From assembly GCF_009914755.1 (NCBI RefSeq), contig NC_060941.1: DNA of 64,000 nt; one strand, given 5' to 3'. This document shows positions 1 to 12,910 of this stretch, piece after piece. The first letter of the stretch is position 1; every line of letters begins with the position of its first letter. Below the pieces are notes generated by a model. That model was not told the origin of the DNA. It was given only the letters and a program-made list of their open reading frames with translations, and made no database searches. The translations under genes and the position numbers were made by a program. Source of the stretch: the human T2T-CHM13v2.0 reference genome, Homo sapiens.

Positions 1-570
1 GCAGTGGGGTCAGCAGTGCGGCGAGGAGGGCTGGGTCAGCAGTGGGGTCAGGGGTGCGGCGAGGAGGGCTGGGTCAGCAGTGGGGTCAGCAGTGTGGCGA
101 GGAGGGCTGGGTGAGCAGTGGGGTGAGGGGTGCGGCGAGGAGGGCTGGGTGAGCAGTGGGGTCGGGGTGCGGCGAGGAGGGCTGGGTCAGCAGTGGGGTC
201 AGCAGTGCGGCGAGGAGGGCTGGGTGAGCAGTGGGGTGAGGGGTGCGGCGAGGAGGGCTGGGTCAGCAGTGGGGTGAGGGGTGCGGCGAGGAGGGCTGGG
301 TGAGCAGTGGGGTCAGCAGTGTGGCGAGGAGGGCTGGGTGAGCAGTGGGGTGAGGGGTGTGGTGAGGAGGGCTGGGTCAGCAGTGGGGTGAGGGGTGCGG
401 CGAGGAGGGCTGGGTGAGCAGTGGGGTCGGGGTGCGGCGAGGAGGGCTGGGTCAGCAGTGGGGTCAGCAGTGTGGTGAGGAGGGCTGGGCGAGCAGTGGG
501 GTCGGGTGCGGCGAGGAGGGCTGGGTCAGCAGTGGGGTCGGGGTGCAGCGAGGAGGGCTGGGTGAGCAGT
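1..570 (+). repeat. 38-bp G-rich minisatellite (GCAGTGGGGTSAG(CA/GG)GTGCGGCGAGGAGGGCTGGGTSA), ~15 units, truncated by the window start
   Basis: Unit restarts at 1, 39, 77...; two interspersed variants (CAGCAGTG vs GAGGGGTG). Confidence 0.95.
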
Positions 571-3500
571 GTTGGCCTCTTCCCCGCTCTGCCCAGTACC
601 TAGAGTGCTGCCACGTCTGGTGAAGGACTCAGTAAATACTTGGTGAAGGATCAGATGAAGAAGGAAAAGTTGTCAGTGCTGAGGCAGGAGAAGCCAACCT
701 CAGCATCTGAGCCTGAGTGGTGGTGGGGCAGGGTCCTGCCCAGAGAAAGGTGATCCCCTTCCCGAGGGGAGGGCTGGCACGGTGCTCAGGAGCAAGGGCT
801 GCAGGCCCACAGGACCTTTGTTCATCTGACCTGTGTCCCCATGCCAGGCTCTGTCCCAAGCGGGCTGAGGCAGATGGCCTAGGCAGCCGTCGGTGAACCC
901 TCCCTGGCTCCAGAGCCTGTGCAGGCCCCGTGGGGGTCAGGCTGCTGTGGGGGGCTTGAGGACCCTCACTTTTGGCCCCTGGAGGCCCCGACGAGGCGGC
1001 CCTTGAGGTTCAACTGGACAGTATTCCCCTGACCCCTGAGCAGAGTGTGGCATCAAGACCCCGACAGTGAGGCCAGTCCCAGGCCGGGATTCGGTGCCCT
1101 CCTTTAACGTGTGTGCGAGTGCCCACAGGCCTCACTCAGCCTAGAGGAAGGTGGGCTTGCGAGCTGGGGCCTGTCTCATGCTTTGCCTCCGTGGCATTGG
1201 CTGCGCCTCACTCCTGCACTGTGGCTTCCATGTGTTGAAAGGCGAGTTCCATAGGTGAGAACAGCTCCCTCCCAGCACACCACCGGCCTTTGCTCGTGTA
1301 CAGTATTTACCCAATGCCGGTGAACACGAGCAGCCTCCATATTCTTGCACCAAGGCTGGAGAAGGACCCAGCCTGCAACACAGCTCATGAGGCATCAGGG
1401 GCCAAGCACCTACCGTCTTGATGACTGGGGGATGGTGCCCAGGTCTGTCTGCCCCCACTGTCCAGTGGATGGTGTGGGAAGGCATTGCAGGCTGGCTGAG
1501 CAGGTTACATAACAGTGCACACATGGGTTTACTTTACTTGAAACCCTAAACCCTCTGCAAACAGCCCCCTCCCTAATCCCTCCCTGTTGACTCTGTAGAT
1601 GAGCCCAGGGTGCTGAAAGATGCAGCTGCATGCCTCTGCAGCCAGGCCCAGGGCCTGCAACATCCTTCAGCCAAACGTGGGTCCCTGGGGAGCCTCTGTG
1701 GCCTCGCCGGTTTCGATGAAGGCCAGAGGACTGGCTGCACGGGTTGCCTCAGCTCTGCCTGCCTCTCTGTTCGTGCCTCTCTCCTACCTGGCGGGGGTGT
1801 CTCTGTTGGCCTCAGAGATGTCGCTGGTGCTCACCCTGGTCACACTGACCACTGGGCATCCTCCCACCCCCTGGGCCACTTCTGTCTCTGCACTTGGCTT
1901 CCCTGCCCACGGCGTGCCACCCAAACAAAGCCCACAGAGAGGCTGGCGCCCTCCTCAGCCAGATGCCTGCATTTAATAGAAGATGCAGAGACACAATCTA
2001 AGCCAAAGGAATGAATCTCTAGTGGTGAAATAGCATCTGGTAAGAGGAGAGATTTCTGAAAGGAGGCCCCTTTCTCCTTCTCGCCCCTCCTTGCTCTGGA
2101 GGCTGAGTCCAGCTGTTCCTCCCATGCCCCTGCCCGGAGGGCAACGTGCACCAGGGCCTGAGAGCACAGACAGGTCTAGGTGGGATCCGTGTCAGCACCG
2201 CAGGGCACACGAACGACTCGGCAGGCTCCAGAGTTTGGCTCATTTTCTGCTTGGTCCCTTTTTGATGCCTGTGATTTATTTATAACAATAGTTTGCATAA
2301 TTCCAAATGTGGTGACACAGCCTGCAGACGCTGAGTGAAATGAAGACAGAACAGATTTTTCAGAGGGGTAGTGGTGTGGAGCAGGCTGGGCCGCGAGTGA
2401 TAGAACTGAGCCCCAGGTTGTGCTCGGAGTCTCCTGGTGCCAGAACACTGGGCTTCCGTGGGACCTGAGGGGCTGAAACGGTGCTGGACCTGGACCCTTC
2501 CTCACAGTCACCCTCAGGTAGCCCATCTCAGACAGGAGGGGACCCCTTGTCCCCCATCCCCATGTTTGGAGCGTGCTGAGCTGCACACAGTCCTCCCTGG
2601 GTCTGAGACCGCTGGTCCTGCCCCCACCCCAGCTCTCTCCCCTCTGGGTCTTGGGTTTCAGCTGTGATGTCATCCTGCTTGCCTGGAGTCCAGAGGGGTT
2701 AGCTGGGGGGCTCTTGTTTGCCCAGAATTCCTTGTGGCTGTCCAGTCTCAGTGCCCACTGTGATGCCTGACCCTCCGTGAGAGCCAGCACTCAGGTCAGA
2801 GATCGTAACCTCCCGAGTGCTGAGTGTCTCCGGCGCCGCCCAAGCTCAGGGCATGTTTGTGTCTCAGTTCAGGGCATGTTTATGAATTGACAAATGAAGT
2901 TTTGGAAGAGGACAAGTTCACATACACTTGACCACCGAGAGATAGAGGGAGGGTTTCACATAGCTCTCTACCATGGGGGGGAGCGGTTTTCCCCTGGGGC
3001 CTAGTGTGTGGCCCTGTCCAAGCTCACCCAGCCTCCCCTTGAGGGAGCACCATAGATTCCGGATGCTCAGACCATGTTGGAAGCTCAGGCCTTTGGAACA
3101 CCTCAGATCCTACTCCAGCCTTTCTAGAAGCTGGGGTTTAATATATCTTAGCAGATGGGAATGTCCTGTCACTCAGAGAAAAGGCTGGGCAAGGTCTCTC
3201 TGGGGATGAAACCACTTAGCGCTCTTCTTTTGGGGGATTTAAGCGCAAATGATTCAGAAACAGTCAGGCTTCATTTCTTGACACGGGGCTGGAGGAGGTG
3301 AGAAGGGCGTTGACCAAATGAAATTTGGGTTTGGTCCAAGTCAGAAATGTGTGAGATGAATGGGGACAGGTTTCCCGAGCCCATTTAGGTCTGTGCACGG
3401 TTACCAACAGCAGCAGCGGAGGCCGGGGCACCAGGGTGGGGCTCCTGAATGGGACATGAAGAAGGGTTACCCCTTCTGCCATAAGCAACAGGCAGGGCAG

Positions 3501-4268
3501 ATTTTACAAACGCGTTTTCTAGCATTGTTTCTTTCAGCCCAAAAGAGTTCTGTGAGTTCATCTTCAGAAATCAAGTTTCTGAGAGGTGGGGACATCCAAG
3601 GACACTGGAGATTGGGATGTCCGGGAAAACGGGGTCTTCAGGCCCGATCTCTGCCCACCTTCCATGCCCTTTCCCCAGCCTGCCCCTCCAGGGTGCAGCC
3701 TCCCCATGCCGACGAGGTTCCCTGGCACAAGCAGGCTGGTGTGCATGTCTGTGCTTTGGCTGCAGGAGCTGCAGAGAGGGTGATGTCAGGTCCATGTTGT
3801 GTAGAGAGAATTCCGACATCGCCCAGCAGGTGCTCGGGTGCCGTGTCCAGCAGCTTGGTGGGCTTCCTCAGCCCCTCAGACCCCCAAAACCATTTTCTTT
3901 TTTTGCATCCATCAATGTCCCGCACAGGAGCAGGCCCCTCCCAGGTGAGGTGGGCTTGGATGCAGGAGGGAAGTGGTAAAGACCCCTCCCAGAGACAATG
4001 CAGAATTGGCCTACACGGGTGGGGCATTGGAAGCCAGCTCTGGGGGTACTGACTCAGGAAGATGTGCCTCAGCTGAGCCCCGGGCATTAGGAATTGGCTG
4101 CAGGCATGGACAGTGGACACGGAGCAGGGAGGCCCAACGCTACCTGCCTACAGGGGAGCCTGGGACGTGGGCTTCTGTTCCGCAGCCTGCAGAGCCTGCT
4201 GGAGCCGGGCTGGTGTCGAGGACCACCTGGCGCCCAGCAGGTCCCCCTGCAGCTTGTTTTCTGGGAAA

Positions 4269-4610
4269 GCAATGGACTGAATGCCTGTGTCCCCCCAAAT
4301 TCATGTGTTGAAATCAACCCTCAAGGTGATGGCATTTGGGGGTGCAGCCTTTAGGAGGTGATGGGGTCATGAGGGCGGAGGCTCATGAACGGGGTTACTG
4401 CCCTTACAGAAGAGGCCTAAGGGATGCCCCTCTCTTCCTCCACATGGCACAGTGAGAAGGTGGCTGTCTGCAAGCCAGGAAGAGGGCCCTCACCAGAACC
4501 CAACTCAGCTGGTACCGTCTGCAGCTTCCAAACTCCAGAACTGTGAGAAATAAATGTGTGTTGTTATTAAATCGTCTTGGTGTTTTGCTAGAGAAGCCCT
4601 AGCTAAGGCA
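4269..4610 (+). mobile_element. MaLR solo LTR, MLT1A/MLT1A0-like
   Basis: Starts ATGGACTGAATGCCTGTGTCCCCCCAAATTCATGTGTTGAAA; contains AGAAGGTGGCTGTCTGCAAGCCAGGAAGAGGGCCCTCACCAGAA and CCAGAACTGTGAGAAATAAAT, typical of MLT1A. Confidence 0.85.
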
Positions 4611-7109
4611 CCTTCCGTTCTCCCACCTCTTCCTCCTGGGGCAAGGCCTGGGTGAGGCCCCGTAAGCCAGCGAGTGGCTTCAAGCTGGTGGCACAGCCAG
4701 TTTCAAGCCGTCTCTGGGGTACGTGGCACACACAAGAGCCGGGCTGTGTAACCTGCAGCCCACGGCTCCACAGAGGGGCTGTGCCGCCCAGGGACACTTT
4801 CTCTGCAGGTCTCTGGCTTCAACCCTCCTTGCCGCTTGTGTGCCGGGGTGCACTTTTGGGGCAGCTGGCAGCCTTTTAGCCTCAGCTCCTCTGTGGGGAC
4901 AGAGCCAAGACTGATCGCAAGGCCAAGACCTAGGAGTCCAGGGGAGGCCCTCGGCTCTGTCCTTCCTGCCGGCCCGGCTCCTGCTCATTCCACTAACAGG
5001 CATCTCCCTGATGAAATCCTCGAGAGGTTAGTCCTGTCTCGGCGGCAGCTGCTCAGAGCACCGGGCTATCCTCTGGCCCCTCCGAAAGCATGGCCCTGAA
5101 TCACTGGGGGAGCCTCACCAGGCAGAGATGGCTCATCCCCATGGACCTGGGCCCCCGGGTCCCGGCCCCCCTGGCCTGGCCAGCACCTGACGCTGCTGTG
5201 AGGAGCATATGGTCAAATCTGCACCTGCTGCCGGCCACAAGGGAGGAGCAAGTGCTGAGTGCCCCTGGGCCACCTGACCAAGAGGTGTCCTTGTGTCCCT
5301 TGCCCCCTGCCCCAGACGTGCCTCTCGGGACCTTCAGGCCACGGTGCTATTTATTACCCACTTGAGGACAAACTCGGAGCCAACCCACAGGCCTATGTGG
5401 CAGGACTGGCCACACCTGGGCCCAGACACGCTGCAGCTTTGCGACTCCGGCCACAGATCCCGGGGACTGACTGGGGTTGCAGGCCTTGGGCCAGCCCCTG
5501 AACCTGGCCGTGCCTCACAGAGCTTTGGTGGGGATGACATGAGTGGATACATTCAAAGGGTTTAAAACGGCGCCTGGCACACTGCATCCGTGCTGCTGTG
5601 ATTCTATTTGAGTTGGTGCTTTCCAGATCGGTTTCTCTCTGTGACGATCCAGAATCTGTGTTCCGTGCCCAGGCCCAGGAGTGAGGAGAGGCCAACAGGG
5701 AGGAGAGGAGGGCTCCTGCCTCAGGGAAACGGAGCCCGTGCAGGAGGTCCTGGCCGGGCAGCATGGGGCTCAGGACGGATGCCCGTGGCGGGTCACCCCC
5801 CACAGCAGTCACAGCCGGGGGGCCCCCAGGCCTCAGGGTTCCACGGAGCAGGTTGGGCAAGTGTGTTAGGACCATCAGCAACCTGTGTGCAGCCAAAGAC
5901 AGCAAGGACAGAGCCAGGAACTCCGGCTTCTGCCTCCTCTCCCTGTGCCGCCTCTCCTGGCTGAGGGCTGGAGAGAGAAGGCCACGGAGCGAGAGTGGCA
6001 GCCCTCAAGGGACGCAGGCTCAGTGCTGGCTGCAGGGGAGCTGCGAGGGCCTCAGGCGAGGGAGCTGCGAGGAGGCCGCTGCGGCCCAGTCCGTCTGTTC
6101 CCTGAGCTGATGACAAACCGTTTGTTTTCTGTGAAAGGTGCTTTACTGGGAGAAAGGCTAACAGTGAGGCAGCTCTGAAGTGCTTTTATTCTCAGTTTCC
6201 TCTGTCGCTTAAAGACCACTTCACATTTCTTTTTATTTACACGGATAAGGATGGATGAGCTTGATGTTCTCCCACCTTCCTCTTGGCGCAGCTTTCTTCT
6301 CCTCCCTCTTGGAAGGACTTTCGCTTTTTATTATTATTTTAAACGTTTTAAACAACAATCTCCCAGGCGCCCAACAAAGGCGCTACTGGTGCCAGGTGCT
6401 TGGCGCCTGCCTTCCCTGACAATACACGGGCCACATCCTCAGCCCCCCCGGCTGGTGGCCTGTGACTCCCGCCCCAGTGCCAGACTCTTTATTTCATTTT
6501 GTTGGCATGGTGGAAAACACTGGCTTTTCAGGAGGTGACCCTGCTTTCAAGAGCCAACCTTTGGAGAAAACAGGACACAGAAGCTGGTTTTGGCTGTGAG
6601 GCCCTGACGCACGGATGCAGGTTGCACAGGCCCCACGTCCTCCTCACAGCCTGCCTTTCCAGCTGGCTCAGGAGTCCCTGCGGCTTGAGTTTATCCAGAA
6701 GCTTCCCTTTCTCCCGCAAGAGCTACTCGTGGAAGAGACCAGTTTTAAGTGATTTTGCCGCATTTGACCTTTTGGGTATTTCAGTGAAAACAAAACCTCT
6801 TCCACAATGCAAAAACTTGGATTCAACAACCATCGATTATTCCCTCTGGGCACCTCACAGAGCTGGGGTGAAGGCCACCTGGGGTTCACGGGACTCACCG
6901 TTGGGTGTTGGCATTGAGTCTTGTAGAGCAGGGACTGGCAAAGTCAGAGCACAGGGCCTGGTGTGAATCCCACCTCCTTCCCCGACTGGCCAGGGGACCT
7001 GCAGCAAGCGCTCAGCATCTCTGAGCCTTAGTTTCTTCCTCTGCACGGGGAGCTCAGCGGTGGCACCCACTTCATTTCAGTGGTGCCCCCTTAGTCATGG
7101 ATGATATAA

Positions 7110-7300
7110 AAATGTTGCCACAAAAGTAACCAAGACAGGTCGGGATGAGATATGCACGACTTCTAAACCCAATTAGGGATTAATTAGGAACATACAATAA
7201 ATTCCCCCAATTCATAAGAAAAAGACAGGAACTCCGGTGGATGAATGGACAGATGATATTAATAGGCAATTTTCAGAGGAATTTAAAGCAGCAGACAGAT
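7110..7300 (+). mobile_element. Old L1 fragment (ORF2 3' region), preceded by a MIR-like core at ~7010-7060
   Basis: AAGAAAAAGACA...AATGGACAGATGATATTAATAGGCAATTTTCAGAGGAA resembles L1M; CTCTGAGCCTTAGTTTCTTCCTCTG resembles the MIR core. Confidence 0.5.
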
Positions 7301-8446
7301 CCATCATACCTGCCAGACAGGTGTGCGCTGCCTGGTGTGACCCTGCTGGAGGCAGTGAGGGCAGCAGGGATGGCAGCACCTGGCGGCTAGGACTCGGCCA
7401 AGCTGAAGTTCATGCACCCGAGAGCCACAGCCTCTGCCCCAGACAGGGATCAGAAGTAGATTTACACTCCCCTCTGAAAGAACAACAACAGAGAAAACAC
7501 ACAAAGCACATTTTTCAAAACCCTGGGCATCGGTCGCCCGCACTCCGCCACCGTGAGTACACTGCGTGGACCCAGAACCTTGACTCCTCTTGTTTCTGTG
7601 AGGCTGGGACTTACGGGTGATGTGCAGAGGGGCCAGAGCTGGTATTTAGAGAGGAAATTTGGGGGCAATTAAAATAGGGGTTCTCGACAAGTCTGGCCTC
7701 CCCGAGCCCAGGACCACCATAGAGCTCTGAACAGAGGAATGAGCTGGTCGCCGTGAGAGGCGGCTTTGCCAGAGCTGGGCCAGGGGGAAACAGCCCGTTC
7801 AATCAGGACTTGGGGGGTGGGACTGGCTTGGGGTTGGTTGGTGTGAGGCGGGGAGAAGGAGATCCGGAAGAGTCCTCGACGGCTGACATTCACGTCACTG
7901 GAGGGGGCCGATTGGAGGGGTCAGCGATGGGCTCAATTTTGTGCCCTCTTGAGTTCGAGGTGTCTGTGGGGCCTCCAGCTACAGACATTTGTGTGTTGGA
8001 AAAGCTCTGCAAACCCTGAAACCTGGGGAGGCCCCTGGTCTTGTCTGATGGTTGTAGGTCATGGTGACCTCCACTAGGGCATCTTCACTCCCCTGAGCCA
8101 CACTGAGACACTGGGTTTGATTGAGACTCTCCAGCCATGATGACAAGGGTTCAGCTCTGGTAAGCCATGTGCAGCCTCCCCCTCAAAGACCAGATGCCAC
8201 CCACCCAGGGCCCCAAACATCCTGGCCCAGCGGGTCTGCTCACTCCTTGATGAGCTTACCTTCCTCGATCACCCCAACATGCAGAGAGAAACCCTTTGCC
8301 CTTCTTGGAGGGAGGGGTCAGATGCTCACTCTGCAGATCCCTGAAGACAAGCAGATGCTCCCTGAGTGGCCTGTCTGAGGGATTCAGCTGGCAGCTGGGT
8401 ATCCTCATGTGTGCAGTTCCTGAGTGAGCACTGGTGGTGGGGAACA

Positions 8447-9575
8447 GGCCTGGCTTTCCATGCCTGGGGGGTGCAGGGGGGATGGGCCTGGCTTTCCACG
8501 CCTGGGGGGTGCAGGGGGGATGGGCCTGGCTTTCCACGCCTGGGGGGTGCAGGGGGGATGGGCCTGGCTTTCCACGCCTGGGGGGTGCAGGGGGGATGGG
8601 CCTGGCTTTCCACGCCTGGGGGGTGCAGGGGGGATGGGCCTGGCTTTCCACGCCTGGGGGGTGCAGGGGGGATGGGCCTGGCTTTCCACGCCTGGGGGGT
8701 GCAGGGGGGATGGGCCTGGCTTTCCACGCCTGGGGGGTGCAGGGGGGATGGGCCTGGCTTTCCACGCCTGGGGGGTGCAGGGGGGATGGGCCTGGCTTTC
8801 CACGCCTGGGGGGTGCAGGGGGGATGGGCCTGGCTTTCCACGCCTGGGGGGTGCAGGGGGGATGGGCCTGGCTTTCCACGCCTGGGGGGTGCAGGGGGGA
8901 TGGGCCTGGCTTTCCACGCCTGGGGGGTGCAGGGGGGATGGGCCTGGCTTTCCACGCCTGGGGGGTGCAGGGGGGATGGGCCTGGCTTTCCACGCCTGGG
9001 GGGTGCAGGGGGGATGGGCCTGGCTTTCCACGCCTGGGGGGTGCAGGGGGGATGGGCCTGGCTTTCCACGCCTGGGGGGTGCAGGGGGGATGGGCCTGGC
9101 TTTCCACGCCTGGGGGGTGCAGGGGGGATGGGCCTGGCTTTCCACGCCTGGGGGGTGCAGGGGGGATGGGCCTGGCTTTCCACGCCTGGGGGGTGCAGGG
9201 GGGATGGGCCTGGCTTTCCACGCCTGGGGGGTGCAGGGGGGATGGGCCTGGCTTTCCACGCCTGGGGGGTGCAGGGGGGATGGGCCTGGCTTTCCACGCC
9301 TGGGGGGTGCAGGGGGGATGGGCCTGGCTTTCCACGCCTGGGGGGTGCAGGGGGGATGGGCCTGGCTTTCCACGCCTGGGGGGTGCAGGGGGGATGGGCC
9401 TGGCTTTCCACGCCTGGGGGGTGCAGGGGGGATGGGCCTGGCTTTCCACGCCTGGGGGGTGCAGGGGGGATGGGCCTGGCTTTCCACGCCTGGGGGGGTG
9501 CAGGGGGGATGGGCCTGGCTTTCCACACCCGGGGGGTACAGCGGGGATGGGCCTGTATTCCACACCTGGGGGTGT
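8447..9575 (+). repeat. 38-bp minisatellite (GGCCTGGCTTTCCACGCCTGGGGGGTGCAGGGGGGATG), ~29-30 units, highly homogeneous
   Basis: Exact 38-bp period (e.g. GATGGG at 8481, 8519); ORFs show a 38-aa period (3 units); variants only at the ends. Confidence 0.98.
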
Positions 9576-11384
9576 ATGTCCACCACCCAGATGCCACCTC
9601 TGTGTCATTCCTGGAGGGCATTCGGGCATCACCTGAGGGTGGGGAGCACTGCCCTGACCCACATGACCCCCAGCAGAAGCTGCCACTGTCGGCCCTGGGC
9701 TCCGGGTGTCAGCGTGGCGCTCTGGGCTTTTCCCACACTGGGGGGCCATTTCAGGATGTGGATCCCTCCAGGAAGGGCTTGCTGAGTGGCTGCTGTTTGC
9801 TGGGATGGGTGAGGGGTAGACAACAGGCACTCAGGAGCCATGGTTGGGACAGAACTTATGTTTGTCAGCCACCTTGGAGGGGCGACCTGGAGAGCTCGGA
9901 CAACCTTGCAGCACCCACCAGAGAGCTTAGCACCAGGACCCAGCAGAGCTCTCCCACGTGCACACAGACTCACTGCTCGTGTGTGAGAAGGGGAATAAGT
10001 GTGACTGAGCCTTCTGGAAGTTAGGGCCTAGCACAGAGGGTCCCAGATGGCCCGGAGAACCAGGTCCTGTGCAGCTATCCAGAGAAGGTCCAGTCACCAG
10101 AGACAGACAGCTGGAGTGCCAGGGCCCTGGAGGTATCAATTGCCTTTGTTTTACATGAAGACATTGAACTTCCACAGGAGGGCAAACGCCCTGGCTAAAG
10201 TAACTGGCGGGGCAGCGTCAGGAACTCACAAGCCCCTGTGGTCCGTGCAGGCTGCCGTCGATTTGATGAGCACAGCAGGTCCAGGCAGAGAGACGCTCAC
10301 CTCCAGCTGCGGTTGGGGTATGTCTGGGAGGCCTGTGGGGTGGCTTTGCTCCTCCACCTTGGGCCAGGGTAGCCTGTGGCAAAGACAGTCTCACAGTGTG
10401 TAGTCTCCTTGAGGTCTGGGCCTGTCCGCAGACAGGAAATAATGAGACCGGCTCAGGACAGGGCCGGGCTGGCCTCTGTGTTTTGTGAAAGTTCGAGTTT
10501 CTACACCCTCTGAGAAGATGCTGGGCCCTGAGGGAGGGTGTGGACCAGAAGGAAGTCACGGGGTGAGTGGAGGGGGAGGGAAGCTTATGTGCCATTTTAA
10601 GAAGACGACAGCAAAAACAGGAAAATCGTATTTATCTGAATCCTATGTGATTCCACTTGAATTTTAAATAATTTAGACAAAAGTAAATTGGCGTTTACTT
10701 TTGCATTAGCCATAAGGAGCAGAAGGAGAAATTTGCTCCCTAGAATATGAGTGTTGACGTGTTGCTGACATCAAAACAGAATTTAAACTTTGAGGAAAGA
10801 GAGATGCCAGTGCTGCCACAAAGGCACCGACGCCCGAGACAGCAGGGCTCGTGTTTCTTCACGCAGACCATCTGTGCCGCCGTTGGCCGTCGGAGGTGAT
10901 GAAACTGGGCTGCTTCCAATGCATTCCAGAATGTAAACCCCTCACCGTGTTTCTTCTTGGTTTGATCCCTGGAGTGCCTGTGCTTTGTCTTCAAGTCACA
11001 CTTGGGATTTTGCTAGTTTTCCAAGATTATCGCATTTTTTTTGAACAAAGTAAATCAGTTTCCGACAATGCCACTGTCGTGTTAGGGTTTCTCGGCGTGT
11101 CGCCTGGCTCTGGCCGGGGTTGTGTGTGACGCTTCCTACCCGTGCTGCCTTGCACATTTATGGAGCAGGGGGTTTGCCGGCAGCGGTCTTGGTTCCTTAT
11201 AATCCTGTCATCGTCCTCGTCGTCAGCCCCCTCCTTCCCCTGCTCTTCCTCTGTTGTCCCAGCAAGACTTTCAAAGAACCAGCTATTGCTCAAGTGGTCT
11301 TTTAGAGAATGTGCACACCTCTCAACCACTCCACAACACCTCAAGATTGCAGTGGTTGTGTTTCGGGTTCACATACATGTATAT

Positions 11385-11470
11385 CGAGACTCAGGGAAGT
11401 CCAGGGCCACACAGGAAGTGGCAGAGCCAAGATTTAGACCTGATCTAGCTCCAAATCCCAGCTTCTCTGT
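11385..11470. mobile_element. MIR fragment
   Basis: CCAGGGCCACACAGGAAGTGGCAGAGCCAAGATTTAGACCT...CTCCAAA matches the MIR core pattern. Confidence 0.55.
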
Positions 11471-12089
11471 TGCTGGCCACGCAGGATGAGCTCTGTTTCC
11501 CAGGCAGGCTGAGCAAATGTCCAGGATGGCAGGTTCTTGGCAGGGCCCTGGGGGCTGAGGCCACAGAAGGCCTCCTCACAGGAGTGGGGGTGAAGGGCCC
11601 CAGGTCCAGGCTGGATGACCTTCTGCCCTTCCTGATGCGGGTGACCTGGCTGTGCTGGTTTGAAGTAAAAACGCTGTTGGCAGAGAATCGAGACGCGGGG
11701 AAGGTTAGTTCAGGGCAGGGATGTTGGTGTCTGCGGGTGATGACTGCAGCCTCCCTGTGTGTTGTGTTTCCCGGTTGGCACACCTCTGTTTATTGTCTGC
11801 GCCAGCCTCATACCCCCTTTCCCTCAGCGTATTTCCTTCATAACAGGATGGCAGACTCAGCGGCTGCTATGGGGCTGTTCCAACTACTGAAAACACTGAG
11901 ATAAGGCCCACGGTGGCAGAAATCCCTGAGGCTGCCAAGGGTGCCCACATCCCAGATGCCGGGGCTCTGAGAGTCGCCTCCTCTGTTCTTAGTTGCCTCG
12001 GATGTGAACAGGCGGCCATCAGGGGGTGTCATCCTGAGCCCTGAGGTGGGGCCTGGGGTCTGCACTCGAATTCACGGTGCCCTGATGCT

Positions 12090-12910
12090 AAGTTTTAATT
12101 CTTAAAAAGCTTTTCTAGCTCAAGATACTCCTCAATATATTAATTATTGGCTGAAAAAAGCCTAAATTTTTAATCTTGCAAATGCTAGAATTTCTGAGCT
12201 CCCTATGTTTTCTCTCAATTCTGCTGCAAGCTTGGCTTTCCTTTCTGAGCTTATCTTTTTCTTGAGGTACTTTATCAAATGCAGTAGCAATGATTATTCA
12301 CTCTAGAGACATTTTGCTTGGAAAGCTTTTCACCCAATGCCAGGATTACATTGGGTATGTTTCCTGCTTTCTAAGTTATTACAGGAGCCCATGTTAGTGA
12401 TTTTTTTTTTACCATTACATGTCACAAGTTGCCATTCCCCGACTTTCTAAAGTAGTTTATTCACCACCCAGTCTATCAGCCAGTGCCACATATTAATACT
12501 TTAGGTTTTATTATGGCAGCACCTACTTTTGGCACCAAATTCTCTATTGGTCAGCTATTGCTATAATAATGCTGTGTAACAAATGGCCCCACCAATCCCA
12601 GTGGTTTAGAAGAAGCTGTTTGTCTCTCATGCCTATGTCGGTGTAGTGGCCGCAGCATCTACTTCAGGCTGCAGGTGCCTCTCAGGTGTGTGGCTTGGCT
12701 CTCATTTTGAGACCTGATGGAAGAGGCAGAAGGTCCCCCCGGGGCACTTCCCAGGCCAGGCGTGCAGGAGGGCAAGTGGAAGCACATACTTACCTGTACT
12801 CAGAACTGCCCCCACTGTCCCCTTCCACACTTCAGTGGTCACAGCAAGTCCCATTTCCAATCCATGGTGCTGGGACTGGGAGGGAAGGAAGGACTGTGAG
12901 TGTACAATGC
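12090..12910 (-). mobile_element. MaLR element: MLT1-internal fragment (12090-12542) joined to an old MLT1J/K-like LTR (12543-~12910)
   Basis: Junction GGCAGCACCTACTTTTGGCACCAAATTCTCTATTGGTCAGCTATTGCTATAATAATGCTGTGTAACAAA matches the minus-strand MaLR internal/LTR boundary; CAGCAAGTCCCA near the far end. Confidence 0.65.

Noticed and set aside
3360-4120. 230-aa and 160-aa non-repeat ORFs (also 2176-2790, 16939-17619, 35353-36036, 36409-37038)
   Set aside because: No recognisable domain; lengths are expected by chance in GC-rich DNA, and some overlap TE fragments.
8256-10024. Six overlapping 393-552-aa ORFs
   Set aside because: All are translations of the stop-free 38-bp repeat on both strands; no unique domain or gene structure.
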